Source: Chiloscyllium plagiosum
Lineage: Eukaryota
Length of the DNA: 47,709 nucleotides
Direction: 5' to 3'
Assembly: GCF_004010195.1 (NCBI RefSeq)
Contig: NW_025215189.1
Location: 21,777 to 69,485 of the forward strand
The notes below the pieces were generated by a model. The model was given only the letters and a program-made list of their open reading frames with translations. It had not been told where the DNA came from and searched no databases. This document shows positions 24,278 to 36,334 of this stretch, one piece after another. Each line of letters opens with the position of its first letter. Within the stretch, counting starts at the first letter, position 1. Made by a program: the position numbers and the translations under genes.

Positions 24278-24650
24278 ACCTCTGTAACATCTCCAGCCTT
24301 GCTTTCCTATCTCTGTAACATCGCCAGCCTTGTTTTCTTCTCTCTATAACATTTCCAACCTTACTTTCCCCTCTCTGTAACATCTCTAAACTTTCTTTCC
24401 TCTCTCTCTGTAACATTTCCAGCCTTGCTTTCCTCTCTATGTGACATCTCTAGACTTGCTTTCCTATTGCTGTAACATCTCCAGCCTTGCTTTCATCTCC
24501 CTGTAACATCTCCAACATTGTTTTCCTATCTCTCTGTAACATCTCTGGCCTTGCTATCCTCTGTCTGTGTAACATCGCCGGCCTTGCTTTCCTTTCTCAG
24601 TAACATCTCTAGCATTGCTTTCCTATCTCTGTAACATCTCCAGCCTGGTT
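24278..24650. repeat. ~30-bp pyrimidine-rich minisatellite, ~12 copies
   Basis: Unit ctctgtaacatctccagccttgctttcct(at). Confidence 0.95.
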
Positions 24651-25344
24651 TCCTTCACATCTCCTTGAATTGGTTTTTACACACCTAAGTGAATTGGTTA
24701 TATATTTGCTCCTGCATTTTCATCTTTCTGAGGCTCTATAAAATATCCCCAGTAGTGTGCCTGTCATCGTTTGGAACCTCACCTCGACCCATATGCCTCA
24801 TTTGAAAACACGTCCAAGATATCGTCCCTCCCCACTGCAGTAACTGTTCTTTAATTAATAATGCAACACCACCTCCTCTTTAACACCCTCTCCTGTCCTG
24901 ACTATAGTTCCAGTAAAACAGAATACTGAGTTGTTAGCCCTGACCTCCCTCAAACACGTCTCTGTGATGGCAAAAATATTCTCTGTGATGGCAAAAATAT
25001 TCCACCTCCACATGTCGACTCATGCCATTGTCACAACAGTCTGTCCGATAATACTCCCAGCATTAATGTAAGCTGGAATATAACACCTGGAATACTCTGT
25101 GTATCGGAGTCCCTCAATCATTCACTATTTGTTATCAGGCTGCCCAAACCATGAACCAAAATTGTAACTCTGGGACTGAATGAATATTTGTTGAATTGTA
25201 ATTTCTTTTTAAAAAAACGAATGTATTAATCAAGTGCAACTTTCCAGAACTGAGCAGTCAGCTCCACATACAATGAGTTTCTGATAGTTAATTTCCCCTC
25301 CCCCCCTCCACCGTCAGTGTGCAGAGGGGACATCCCTCAGTAAT

Positions 25345-25475
25345 GGAGAAAGTGACGACTGCAGTTGATGGAGATCAGAGTCGAAAAGTGTGGTATTGGA
25401 AAAGCACAGCATATCAGGCAGCATCCGAGGAGCAGGAGAGTCGATAGTTCGGGCATGAGTTCTTTATCAGGAAGG
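25345..25475 (-). mobile_element. PLE family A tail with decayed hammerhead core
   Basis: ggagaaagtgacgactgcag..ggagatcagag..ggaaaagcacagc..ggcagcatccgaggagcaggagagtcga..ttcgggcatgag..ttatcagg. Confidence 0.8.
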
Positions 25476-25589
25476 CATTGGTGCATTCCTTTTTTTGATT
25501 CCGTGATTTGCAGGACATTGGGAACCATACTTGCTCAGCAAGACAGCACTGTATATAGCACTGAAAAGGAAAACAGTCAATCAATTGGT

Positions 25590-27170
25590 TGGACAGGGTG
25601 TAGCAGGTTGAGGGGAAATACAGACTGATTGAAGTACAAACAAAAGGATGGATAAATCCCCTGGGCCAGATGGGGTATACACAAGGTTATAGCCAGGAGG
25701 TGATGGAAGAGATTGGTGTGACTTTGGTAATAATATATGCGTCTTCACTGTTCACTGGAGTAGTGCCAGATGTTTGGGGGTGGCAAATGTCATCCCCTTG
25801 TTCAGGGAAGGGAATAGGGATAACCCTGTGAATGATAGAATAGTCAGTCTTACACCAGTTGAGGGCAAAGTATTGGAGACGATTCTGAGAGACAGGATTT
25901 ACAATTACTTAAAAACAAACATAGTATGATCAGAGATAGTCAGCATGGCTTTTTGAAGAGCAGGTCATGCCTCACAAACCTTATTGAATTCTTTGAAGAT
26001 GGGAAAAACATGTTGATGAAGATAGACCAGTAGATGCGGTGAACACGAATTTTTGAAGGCGTTTGATAAGGTTCCCCGTTGTGGGCTCATTCAGAAGGTA
26101 ACGAGGCATAGGATGCAGGGAAATTTGGCTCTCTGGATACGGGTGTGGCTGGCCCATAGAAGACAGAGGGTGGTAACAGATGAAAAGTATTCAGCCTGGA
26201 GCTCAGTAAGTAGTGGGATCGGTTTTGGGGCCTGTGCTCTTTGTGATTTTTATAAATGACTTTGATGAGGAACTGGAATGGTGGGTTAGAAAGTTTGCCG
26301 ATGACATGAAGGTTGATGGAGTTCTGGATAGTGTGGTGGGTTGTTGTAGTTTGCAACAGGACATTGACAGGATACAGAACTGGGCTGATAAGTGGTAGAT
26401 AGAGTTTAACCGTTAAAAGTGTAAATTGATTTAATTTGGAAAGGTTGAATTTGCATACAGGATACAGGGTTAAAGACAGAATTTTTGGCAGTGTGGAGCA
26501 ACAGAGGGATCTTGGAGTCCATGTCCATAGTTTCCTCAGTGTTGCCACCGACGTTGATAAGGTTGTTAAGGAGGTATATGGTGTGTTGGCTTTCATTATG
26601 GGGGATTATTTTTAAGAGCGGCGAGGTTAATGCTTAGGTCAATAAAGTTGCGGTTCAACCACACTAGGAGTATTGTATTCAGATCTGGTTGCCACAGTAT
26701 AGGAAACATGTGGAAGCCTCAGACAGTATGGAGAGGAGATTTACCAGGATGCTGCCACGACTGGAGGACACGTCTTAGGGAGAAAGTTTGAGGGAGCTGG
26801 GCCTTTTCTCCCTGGAGCGAAGAAGGATGAGAGGTGACTTCATAGAGGTGTACAAGATGTTGAGAGACATAGATAAATTGGATAGCCAAACCTTTTCCCA
26901 TGGCAGAAGTGGCTATCAACAAGGGGCGTAAAGGTTTCGGGGGCTGTCAGAGATAGGTTCTTTACACAGAAAGTGATGGGGGCGGAATGCACCGCCAGTG
27001 GAGGTAGTAGAGTCAGATACATTAGAGATATTTAAGAAGACTCTTGGATAGGCACATGGAAGTTAGTAAGTCGAAGGTTATGTAGGTTAGTCTGATCTTA
27101 GAGTAGGATAAAAGGCTGCCAAAACATTGAGAGCTGAAGCGCCTGCACTGTGCTGTACTGTTCTCTGTTC
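25590..27170 (+). mobile_element. CR1 LINE ORF2 3' half (RT)
   Basis: KAFDKVP, GSVLGPVLFVIFINDFDE..KFADD; tail gtactgttctctgttc. Confidence 0.95.
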
Positions 27171-27449
27171 CAAGTTTCACTCGGTTTGTGGATTCTCGTC
27201 GGTTGGTGAATGTGGGAGGAAGTGAGGCGGGTGAGGGAGTGAGGTGTGTGAGGTCAGGAATCTGGGGTGGGGCGTTAGACCAAGACTTCCAGTTTTGATG
27301 TGCTTTGCTACATTCACCTGAATGTCAGCACAATATGTGAGATTTCCAAGACCAGAAAAAATCCACCAAGTTCAGTTATTAAACGGATTCTTGTCTTGCC
27401 ATTTGCTCCTGGTTTATTCAGATACATTCTGTTTAATGATCTATAATTA

Positions 27450-28050
27450 GTATCTGAGCATCCACAGGCATGCACAATTTTGTTTTGATCCTGGTTAATG
27501 TGAAGGCACCTTTAGTGGATATAGTTTCAGAGGGTTCACTGTGAGACACAAGATGCTGCAATAGACTGTCAATTGTGATCGTTTTCACCCAGTGTCTGGT
27601 CCAGGGAGCATATGTATGGAATCTGGAGGTCATGCCAGATGTCATCACCATAATTAACGTGTGCGATGTCATTATGACACTCCATGTCCATATATCTGCT
27701 CCCTGGGCAAGGCTCTGACTGATAATGAATTTATAAGGCATGGTTCCTGGTCAGTCATTGGTATCTAATTTAGGCAGCATTTGTATCTACACTGAGAGCA
27801 GTGATAGCCTGTTGGCTAGTTTCCTCCTGCTCATGGTGGGTCCCAAATGAATCTCTGTCAGAGAATGTTTGAATTACGGCCCTGACCCAGGTTGGAAACT
27901 GTCTGGTCAGATTCAGGAGGAGGCCACATGCAGCTGTGAGGCCCAGTAGCACTGTACCCGAATTCAGGCCTTTTAGAATCCATTTTTAATGTTGGTCATG
28001 ATGCAAAATCATGGGTTTACTGATCTGAACAATGATCAAGAGTTTGCCAT
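27450..28050 (-). mobile_element. Second Vingi/Ingi-like RT relic
   Basis: TNIKNGF*/GLNSGTVLLGLTAACGLLLNLTRQFPTWV and SRRKLANRLSLLSV*IQMLPKLDTND*PGTMPYKFI; nucleotide similarity to 19440-19540. Confidence 0.75.
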
Positions 28051-28782
28051 GTTTGTGAATTGGGCAATAATAAGATATGAGCTACAATTATTCAACTGCA
28101 CAATAACTGCATCATCTCTGAAAACAACTAAGTTGATTCTACATTGATGGAATTAAAATATAAACACGAAAAACCTTTTATTATTCAAAAGTAAGGAATC
28201 ACATTTTGTTTTGTATCGAAAACGAATATGTCTGGCTATTTTGGTGATCACAATTACACATTGAATCTCAGTATTCAAATACATACATTGTCGCTCTATC
28301 ATTTACAAAGTGGCTGACCTCTAACTGATTACATGTTCAGATTGAACAAATGATTGAAAAATCAAATAGACTTACAACTCTTACACATTTAAATATAATC
28401 ACTCGATTTAATTTCTCACCTGAAATATGTGAGCTTCAGCTATTTGCCAACAATTCTATTAGTTTTAAAATAATGATGGAAAAGTATAGACTAGATGTAA
28501 ATGTTCATGTTCTAAATTGGAGAAATGCCAATTTTGATAGTATTAGGCAATAACTTTCAAAAGCTGATGGCAGCAGATGTTCGCAGGGAAAGGGATGGCT
28601 GGAAACTGGAAAGCCTTTAGAAATGAGATAACGAGAGTCCAGAGACAATATACTCCTGTTAAGATGAAAGGAAAGGCTGGTAGGTATAGAGAATGCTGAA
28701 TGACTAAAGAAATTGAAGGTCTGGTTAAGAAAAAAGAGGAAGCATATGACAGGTACAGGTAGGATAGGTCGAGTGAATCCTT

Positions 28783-28909
28783 CCTGAAGAAGGGCTTATG
28801 CCCGAAACGTCGATTCTCCTATTCCCTGGATGCTGCCTGACCTGCTGCGCTTTTCCAGCAACACATTTCCAGCTCTGATCTCCAGCATCTGCAGACCTCA
28901 CTTTCTCCC
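28783..28909 (+). mobile_element. 127-bp PLE-derived insertion (family A) with 13-bp TSD
   Basis: cgagtgaatcctt duplicated at 28770-28782 and 28910-28922; the CR1 sequence continues across it. Confidence 0.9.
28784..28811 (+). ncRNA. Minimal type I hammerhead ribozyme core
   Basis: CUGAAGA-a-GGGC uuau GCCC-GAAA-C-GUC, with palindromic ACGU in place of stem III; stem I is very short. Confidence 0.7.
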
Positions 28910-30814
28910 CGAGTGAATCCTTAGAAAAGTATAAAGGCAGGAGGAGTATACTAGAGAGGGAAGTCAGGAAATCAAAAAGGGGACATGAGATAGTTTTGGC
29001 AAATAGATTTAGGGAGAATCGAAAAGGACTTTACAAATACATTGAGGACAAAAGGGTAAATAGGGAGAGAATAGAACTCTCAAAGTTCAGCAAGACAGCC
29101 TTTGTGTGGAGCTGCAGGAGTTAGGGGAGTGTTTTGTATCAGTGTTTACTCAGGAGAAGGACATGGGCGATGTAGCTATACAGAGAAATAGATGGTGACA
29201 TAATTAAAAAATGTTCATATCACAGAGGAGGTCGTGCTGATATCTTGAAATGTATAAAAGTGGATAAATCCCCAGGACCCGATCTATCACGTGTAGCCTA
29301 GAACTCTGTGGGAAGCTAGAGAACTGATTGCTGGGCCTCTTGCTGATATACTTGTACCATTGATAGCCACAAGTGAGGTGCCAGAAGACTGGAGGTTGGC
29401 GAACGTGGTGCCACTGTTCAAGAAAAGTGGTCAGGACAAGCCAGGGAACTATAGACCAGTGAGACTGACGTCAGTGGAAGGCATGTTGTCGCAGGGAATC
29501 CTGAGGGACGGGATGAACATGTATTTGGAAAGGCAAAGACTGATTAGGGATAGTCAACATGGCTTTGTGTGTGGAAAATGATGTTTCACTAACTTGACTG
29601 AATTTTTTGCAGAAGTAACAAAGAGGAATGATGAGAGCAGAGCGGTGGACGTGATCTATATGGACTTCAGTAAGGCATTCGATAAAGTTCCCCATGGGAG
29701 ACTGTATAGCAAGGTTAGATTTCATTGTAGTACAGGGAGAACTAGCCAGTTGGATACAGAACTAGCTGAAGGTAGAAGACAGAGGCTGGTGGTGGATTGT
29801 TGTTTTTCAGATTGGAGGCATGTGACCAGTGGAGTGTCACAAGGATCGGTGCTGGGTCCACTACTTTTTGTCGTTTATATAAATGATTTGCATGTGAGTA
29901 TAAGAGGTATCGTTAGCAAATTTGCTGATGACACCAAAATTGGAGGTGTACTGGACGGCGAAGAAGGTTACCTCAGATTACAAGACGATCTTGATCATAT
30001 GGGCCAATGGGCTGAGGAGTGGCAGATAGAGTTTAATTTAGATAAATGTGAGATGCTGCATTTTGGGAAAGAAAATCTTAGCACGACTAATACTCTTAAT
30101 GGTGAGGTCCAATGGAGTGTTGCTGAACAAAGAGACCTTGGAGTGCAGGTTCATTGTTCCTTGAAAGTAGAGGAACAGGTAGGTAGGGTAGTGAAGACGG
30201 CGTTTGGTATGCTTTCCTTAACTGGTCAGAGCATTGAGTACAGGAGTTGCGAGGTGATGTTGCAGCTGTACAGGACATTGGTTCGGCGACTTTTGGAATA
30301 TTGCGTGCAATTTTGTTCCCCTTCATGTCGGTAGGATGTTGTGAATCTATAAAGTGTTCTAAGAAGATTTACAAAGATGTTGGTGGGTTTGAGCTGTAGC
30401 TGGTGGTTGAATGGGCTATGGCTATTTTCCCCGGAACGTTGGAGACTGAGGGGTGACCTTAAAGACGTTTATAAAATCATGAGGGCCATGAATGGGGAGA
30501 TAGACAATGTCAGAGGAAGTGGTGGAAGTTAGTACAATTGCAACATTTAGATGGTGTCTGAATAGGTATATGAATAGAAAGGATTTAGAGGGATATGGGC
30601 TGAGTGCTGGCAGGTGGGACTAGATTGGTTTGTGTTATCTGGTCGGCATGGACGGGTTGGACCGAAGGAACTGTTTCCATGCTATACATCTCTTTGACTC
30701 TGTGACTGTAATTTAGAAATGACAATAATTTGATATGTACTGTCAAATAAATGGTTATATCATTAAATTGTAGCATACAATAGTTGAAATCTTGCTATTT
30801 TTAGAATGAATGAT

Positions 30815-32580
30815 AAAGAACAAAGAACATTCCAACACAGGAACAGATAATTCGGCCCTCCTAGCCTGTGCTGATCCAGATCCTCCTATTTTCTAAACGT
30901 GCCACCTATTTTCTAAGAGAATGTATCCCTCTGCTGCCTGCCCATTCATGTATCTGTCAGATACATCTTAGATAGCGCTATTGTATCTGCCCCGATCTCC
31001 TCTGCTGGTAACATGTTCCAGGCTGCCACCGCCCTATGTGTAAAGAACTTCCCACATATATCTACCCTAAACCCTTCCCCTCTCACTTTGAACTCATGAC
31101 GCCTAGTAATTGAGTTCCAAAATCTGGGGAAAAAGCTTCTTGCTATCCACCCTGTCTGTATCTCTTTTGATTTTGTAGACCTCAATCAGGTCCCCCTCAA
31201 CCTTTGTCTTTATAATTAAAGTAATCCTAATCTACTCAATCTTTCTTCATAACCAGCACCGTCCATACCAGGCAACATCCTGGTGACCCTACTCTGCACT
31301 CTATTCAAATCATCCACATCCTTTTGGTAACGTGGTGACCAGAAATATATGCAGTATTTCAAATGCGGTGAAACCAAAGTCCTATGCTACTGTAACATGA
31401 CCTGCCAACATTTGGACTTAACAGCTGATCCAATGAAGGAAAGCATGCCTTATGTTGCCTTGACCAGTTTACTGCTGAAAATGTGTTGCTGGAAAAGCGC
31501 AGTAGGTCAGGCAGCATCCAGGAACAGGAGAATTGACGTTTCGGGCATAAGCCCTTCTTCAGTAATGAGGAATGTTTGACCAGTTTACTGACCTGCGTTG
31601 CCACCTTCAGGAAACAATGGACCCAGGTTTCACGATATGTCAATTTTCCCCAAGACTTTTCAGTTTACTGTATTGTTGCTCTTGAACTGGACCTTCCAAA
31701 ATGCAAGGCCTCGCATTTGCACAGTCTGAACTCCACCTGCCATTTCTGTGCCCATCTCTCCAATCTATCTATATTCTGCTGCATTCTCTGACATTCCCCT
31801 TCACTATCTGCTACTCCACCAATCTTGGTGTCATCTGCAAACTTGCTAATCAGGCAACCGATACCTTCCTCCAAATTATTGACATATATCACAAACAACA
31901 GTGGTCTCAGCACAGATCACTGTTGCATACTACTGGTCATAGGTCACCATTTTGAGAAATCCCCTTCCACTACTACTCTCTGTCTCCTGTTGGCCAGCCA
32001 GTTCTCTATCCTTCGGGATAAAACATCCTGGACGCCATGCGGCATCACCTTTTCCATCAGCCTACACAGGCGAACCTAATAAACACCTTACTCAAGTCCC
32101 TCAGTATCTTCTCCAGAAGCTTCCCTACCACTGATCTGAGGCTCGCTGGTCTACAAATACCTGGATAATTCCTGCTATCCTTCTTAAACAAGGAGACAGC
32201 ATTATTAATGCTCCAATCCTCCGGGACCTCACCCATGTACAAGGGTCCTGCAAATATATTTGTTAAAGCCCCAGTTATTTCCTCACTCACATCCCTCAGT
32301 AACCTGTGGTAGATCTCATCCAGACCTGGGAGCTTGTCTACATTTCTACCTTTTCGAATATCCAAAACTTCCTCCCTCTTTATGTCGACTTGACCCAGAG
32401 TACGCAAAGATCTATCCCTAACCTCAACATCCATCATGTCCCTCTCCTTGGTGAATACAGATGCAAAGTACTCGCTAAGAATCTCACCCATTTTCTCTGA
32501 CTCCATGCATAACTTTCTTCCTTTGTCCTGTGTGGACCAAACAGTTCTCGAGTTACCCTCTTGTTGCTTATATATGAAAC
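30815..32580 (-). mobile_element. CR1 LINE ORF2 3' half with a nested PLE-derived insertion
   Basis: PLLFVIYVNNL..SKFADDTK (31665-31913); EILSEYFASVFTKE (32057-32506); tail aaagaacaaagaac at 30815. Confidence 0.95.
31475..31575 (-). mobile_element. 101-bp PLE-derived insertion (family A) with 15-bp TSD and hammerhead core (31535-31562)
   Basis: ttgaccagtttactg duplicated at 31460-31474 and 31576-31590; minus strand reads CUGAAGA-a-GGGCuuauGCCC-GAAA-C-GUC. Confidence 0.9.
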
Positions 32581-33803
32581 GTCGTCTTTGGGAAGTTAAA
32601 GCATAAGCTAATGTGAGGTAAACCTAATGTACGAAATCACAAATTTCTGTGACCATACGCATGTCCAGCAGTCTCTTAAATATCCCCAATGACTTCGCTT
32701 CCACAACTGCTGCTGGCAACGCATTCCATGCTCTCTCAACTCTCTGCGTAAAGAACCCGACTCTGACATCTGCTCTATACTTTCCGCCAAACAGCTTAAA
32801 ACTATGACCCCTCGTGTTAACAATTGCTGCCCTGGGAAAAGGTTTCTGGCTACCAACTCTATCTATGCCTCTCATTATCTTGTACACTTCAATTAGGTCC
32901 CCTCTCTTCCTTCTTTTTGTAAACGAAAAAAGTCCGAGCTCAGTCAACCTCTCTTCGTAAGATAAGCCCTCCAGTCCAGGCAGCATCCTGGTAAACCTCC
33001 TCTGAACCCTCTCCAAAGCATCCACATCTTTCCTATAGTAGGGCGACCAAACTGGACAAAGTATTCCAAGTGCGGTGTAACCAAAGTTTTATAGAGCTGC
33101 AACAAGATCTCACGGCTCTTAAACTCAATCCCCCTGTTAATGAAAGCCAAAACACCATATGCTTTCTTAACAACCCTGTCCACCTGGGTGGAAATATTAA
33201 GGGATCTATGTACGTGCACACCAAGATCCCGCTGTTCCTCCACACTGCCAAGGATCCTGCCTTTCATCCTGTACTCAACTTTCAAGTTCGATCTTCCAAA
33301 ATGCATCACCTCGCATTTATCCAGTTTGCATTCCATCTACCACCTCTCAGCCCATCTCCGCATCCTGGCAATGTCATGCTGCAGCCTGCAACAGTTCTGT
33401 ATACTGTCAATGATACCTCCAACCTTTGTGTCCTCTGCAAACTTGCTAACCCATCCTCATTAATAAAAATTACAAAGAGTAGAGGCCCAAGAACAGAGCC
33501 CTGTGGAACACCATTCACCACGGACATCCAGGCAGAATATTTTCCTTCCAATACCACTAGCTGTCTTCCTTCGACCAGCCAATTCTGTATCCAGACAGCT
33601 AAATTTCCCTTTATCCCATTCGTCCTGACCTTCTGAACGAGCCTACCATGGGGAACCTTATCAAATGCCAAACGGAAGTGAAGATACACAACATCCACTG
33701 CTCGTCCCTCATCAACTTGTCTAGTAACATCCTTAAAGAACTCAATAAGATTTGTGAGGCATGACCTGCCGCTCACAAAGCACTGCTGACTGCATTTAAT
33801 CAA

Positions 33804-34023
33804 AGTTAAAAATCAAACAACACCAGGTTATAGTCCAACAAGTTTAATTGGAAGCACACTAGCTTTCGGAGCGACGCTCCTTCATCAGGTGACAATCACC
33901 TGATGAAGGAGCATCGCTCCAAAAGCTAGTGTGCTTCCAATTAAACTTGTTGGACTATAACCTGGTGTTGTGTGATTTTTAACTTTGTACACTCCAGTCC
34001 AACACCGGCATCTCCGAATCATG
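33804..34023. mobile_element. 220-bp PLE-derived hairpin insertion (family B) with 12-bp TSD
   Basis: Arms 33801-33892 / 33896-33987 (3 mismatches, loop caa) plus a unique tail; gcatttaatcaa duplicated at 33792-33803 and 34024-34035. Confidence 0.92.
33857..33891 (-). ncRNA. Minimal type I hammerhead ribozyme (intact core)
   Basis: Minus strand: cac-CUGAUGA-a-GGAGC guc GCUCC-GAAA-GC-UA-gug; stem I cac/gug, palindromic AGCU as stem III, CUA cleavage triplet. Confidence 0.75.
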
Positions 34024-34812
34024 GCATTTAATCAAGCCATGCTCTTCCAGATGGTCATAAATCCTATCCCTCAGAATCTTTTCTAACCTTGCAAATGACA
34101 GACGTGAGACTAACTGGTCGGTAATTGCCGGGGATTTCCCTATTTCCGTTCTTGAAGAGAGGAATTACATTTGTCTCCCTCCAGTCCTCTGGTACGAATC
34201 CGGTGGAGAGTGACGATGCAACAATCTTCACAAGCGGCGAAGCAATCACATTTCTCGCTTCCCAGAGCAGCCGAGGACAAATCTGGTCTGGCCCTGGCGA
34301 CTTGTCAATATTAATGTTTGTCGAAATTTTCAACACATCAGCTTCCTCAATCTATCTGTTGCAGCATGATTACCTGCTCCTCAACGGTTTCATTCACTAC
34401 AATTTCCTTTTCTTTCGTAAAGACAGAAGCAAAAAACTCATTTAGTGCTTCCCCTATCTCCTCAGACTCTACACACAAGTTCCCTATGCTATCCCTGATC
34501 AGCACTACTCTTTCTTTGATTATTCTATTATTCCTCACATATGTGCAAAATGCCTTTAGATTCTCCCTAATCCTTCCTGCAAAGCCTTTTTCCTGCCCCC
34601 TCCTGGCTCTCTTCAGACCATTTTTCAGCTCCTTCCTCGCCTGCCTGTAATTCTCTAGAGCTGAGCAAGACCCTTGCTTCCCCCACCTTACGTAAGCTGC
34701 CTTCTTTCTTTTGACGAGATGCTCCCCGGCTATTGACATCCAAGGTTCCTCTATCTTACCCCTTCTTGCCTCTCTCAAAGGAACACATTTGTGCATCACT
34801 CGCAACTACTGT

Positions 34813-36319
34813 TCCTTAAATCGTCTCCACATGTCTATAGTGCCCTTTCCATGGAACAATTGCTCCGAGTCCATGCTTCGCAACGCACGTCTGATAGTAT
34901 CATAGTTTCCTTTTCCCCAACTAAATATCCTCCCATTGTGCGTGCTTCTCTCCTTCTCCACAGCTATGTGGAATATGAGGCAGTTGTGGTCACTATCACC
35001 AAAATGCTCTCCGCCGCAAGATTTGACACCTGCCCCAACTCATTGCCGAGCACCAAATCCAAATGTCCTTTCCCTTCGTCGGCCTGTCAACGTACATAAT
35101 TAGGACACCCTCATGAACACACCTTACAAAAACAGCTCCGTCCAAACCATCTGCTGGAAGGAGATTTCAATCAATATTGGGAAAGTTAGTCACCCATTAC
35201 AACTACCCTACTGCATCACACTTTTCCAAAATCTGCCCACCTATGCTTTCTTCAATCTCCCTGCTTCTATTGGGGGGCCTGCATTTAACCCCTAATGAGC
35301 TGATTACTGCCTTACTGTTCCTAATTTGCACCCATACTGACTCAGTAGGCTGACCTCCCTCGACAATGGTAACTTCTGTAGCTGTGTTACCCTCTCTGAT
35401 TAGCAGTGCTACACCCCCTCCTCATTTTACCTCCTCCCTATTCTTTTTAAATGTTCTAAACCCTGGAACATCCAGTAACCATTCGTGCCCCTGAGAAACC
35501 TACGTCTCTGAAATAGCCACATCATAACTCTAAGCTTATCACTTTTATTTACATTTCCCCCAGTCCTTAAACCGTCTCCACATGTCTATAGTGCCCTTTC
35601 CATGGAACAATTGCTCTCAGTCCATGCTTCACAACGCAGTCTGATAGTATCATAGTTTCCTTTTCCCCAACTAAATATCCTCCCATTGTGCCTGCTTCTC
35701 TCCTTCTCCATGGCTATGTAGAATATGAGGCAGTTGTGCTCACTATCACCAAAATGCTCTCCAACTGCAACATCTGACACCTGCCCCAGCTCATTGCCGA
35801 GCAACAAATCCAAAATGTCCTTTCCCTTCGTCGGCCTGTCAACATACTGAGTTAGGAAACCCTCCTGAACACACCTTACAAAAACAGCTCCTTCCAAACC
35901 ATCTGCTGGAAGGAGGTTCCAATCAATATTGGGGAAGTTAGTCACCCATTACAACTACTCTATTCCATTCACACTTTTCCAAAATCTGCTGACCTATGCT
36001 TTCTTTAATCTCCCTGCTTCTATTGGGGGGCCAGTAGTAAACCCCTAATGAGGTGATTGCTGCCTTACTGTTCCTAATTTCCACCCATACTGACTCAGTA
36101 GGCAGACGTTCCTCGATAATGGTAACTTCTGTAGCTGTGATACCCTCTCTGATTAGCAGTGCTACACCCCCTCCTCTTTTTACCTCCTCCCTGTTCTTTT
36201 TAAAGGTTCTAAACCCTGGAACAGTCACCAACCATTCCGCCCCTGAGAAACCCACGTCTCTGTTATGGCCACAACATCATAGCTCTAAGCTCATCACTTT
36301 TATTTACATTTTCCCCAGT
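34813..36319. repeat. ~750-bp tandem duplication of the CR1 endonuclease region
   Basis: tccttaaa.cgtctccacatgtctatagtgccctttccatgg at 34813 and 35564; both copies end tcacttttatttacattt.ccccagt. Confidence 0.95.
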
Positions 36320-36334
36320 ACTACAGCGCACAGT

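Larger units (their letters stand above)
28450..30710 (+). mobile_element. CR1 LINE ORF2 (EN end to 3' tail) with a nested PLE-derived insertion
   Basis: ORF 29594-30334: [37 protein letters not shown]; tail tctttgactctgtgact. Confidence 0.97.
32605..36300 (-). mobile_element. CR1 LINE ORF2, nearly complete (EN-RT-tail), with an internal tandem duplication and a nested hairpin insertion
   Basis: Successive minus ORFs: [85 protein letters not shown]. Confidence 0.96.

Noticed and set aside
27180..27300. Promoter-like GC-box/ETS cluster (ggaagtg, ggggtggggcg)
   Set aside because: Short motifs only, with no CpG island or adjacent exon.
29594..30334. 246-aa RT ORF as an active or domesticated reverse transcriptase
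   Set aside because: It is a fragment of a CR1 ORF2 with flanking stops, frameshifts and a nested insertion.
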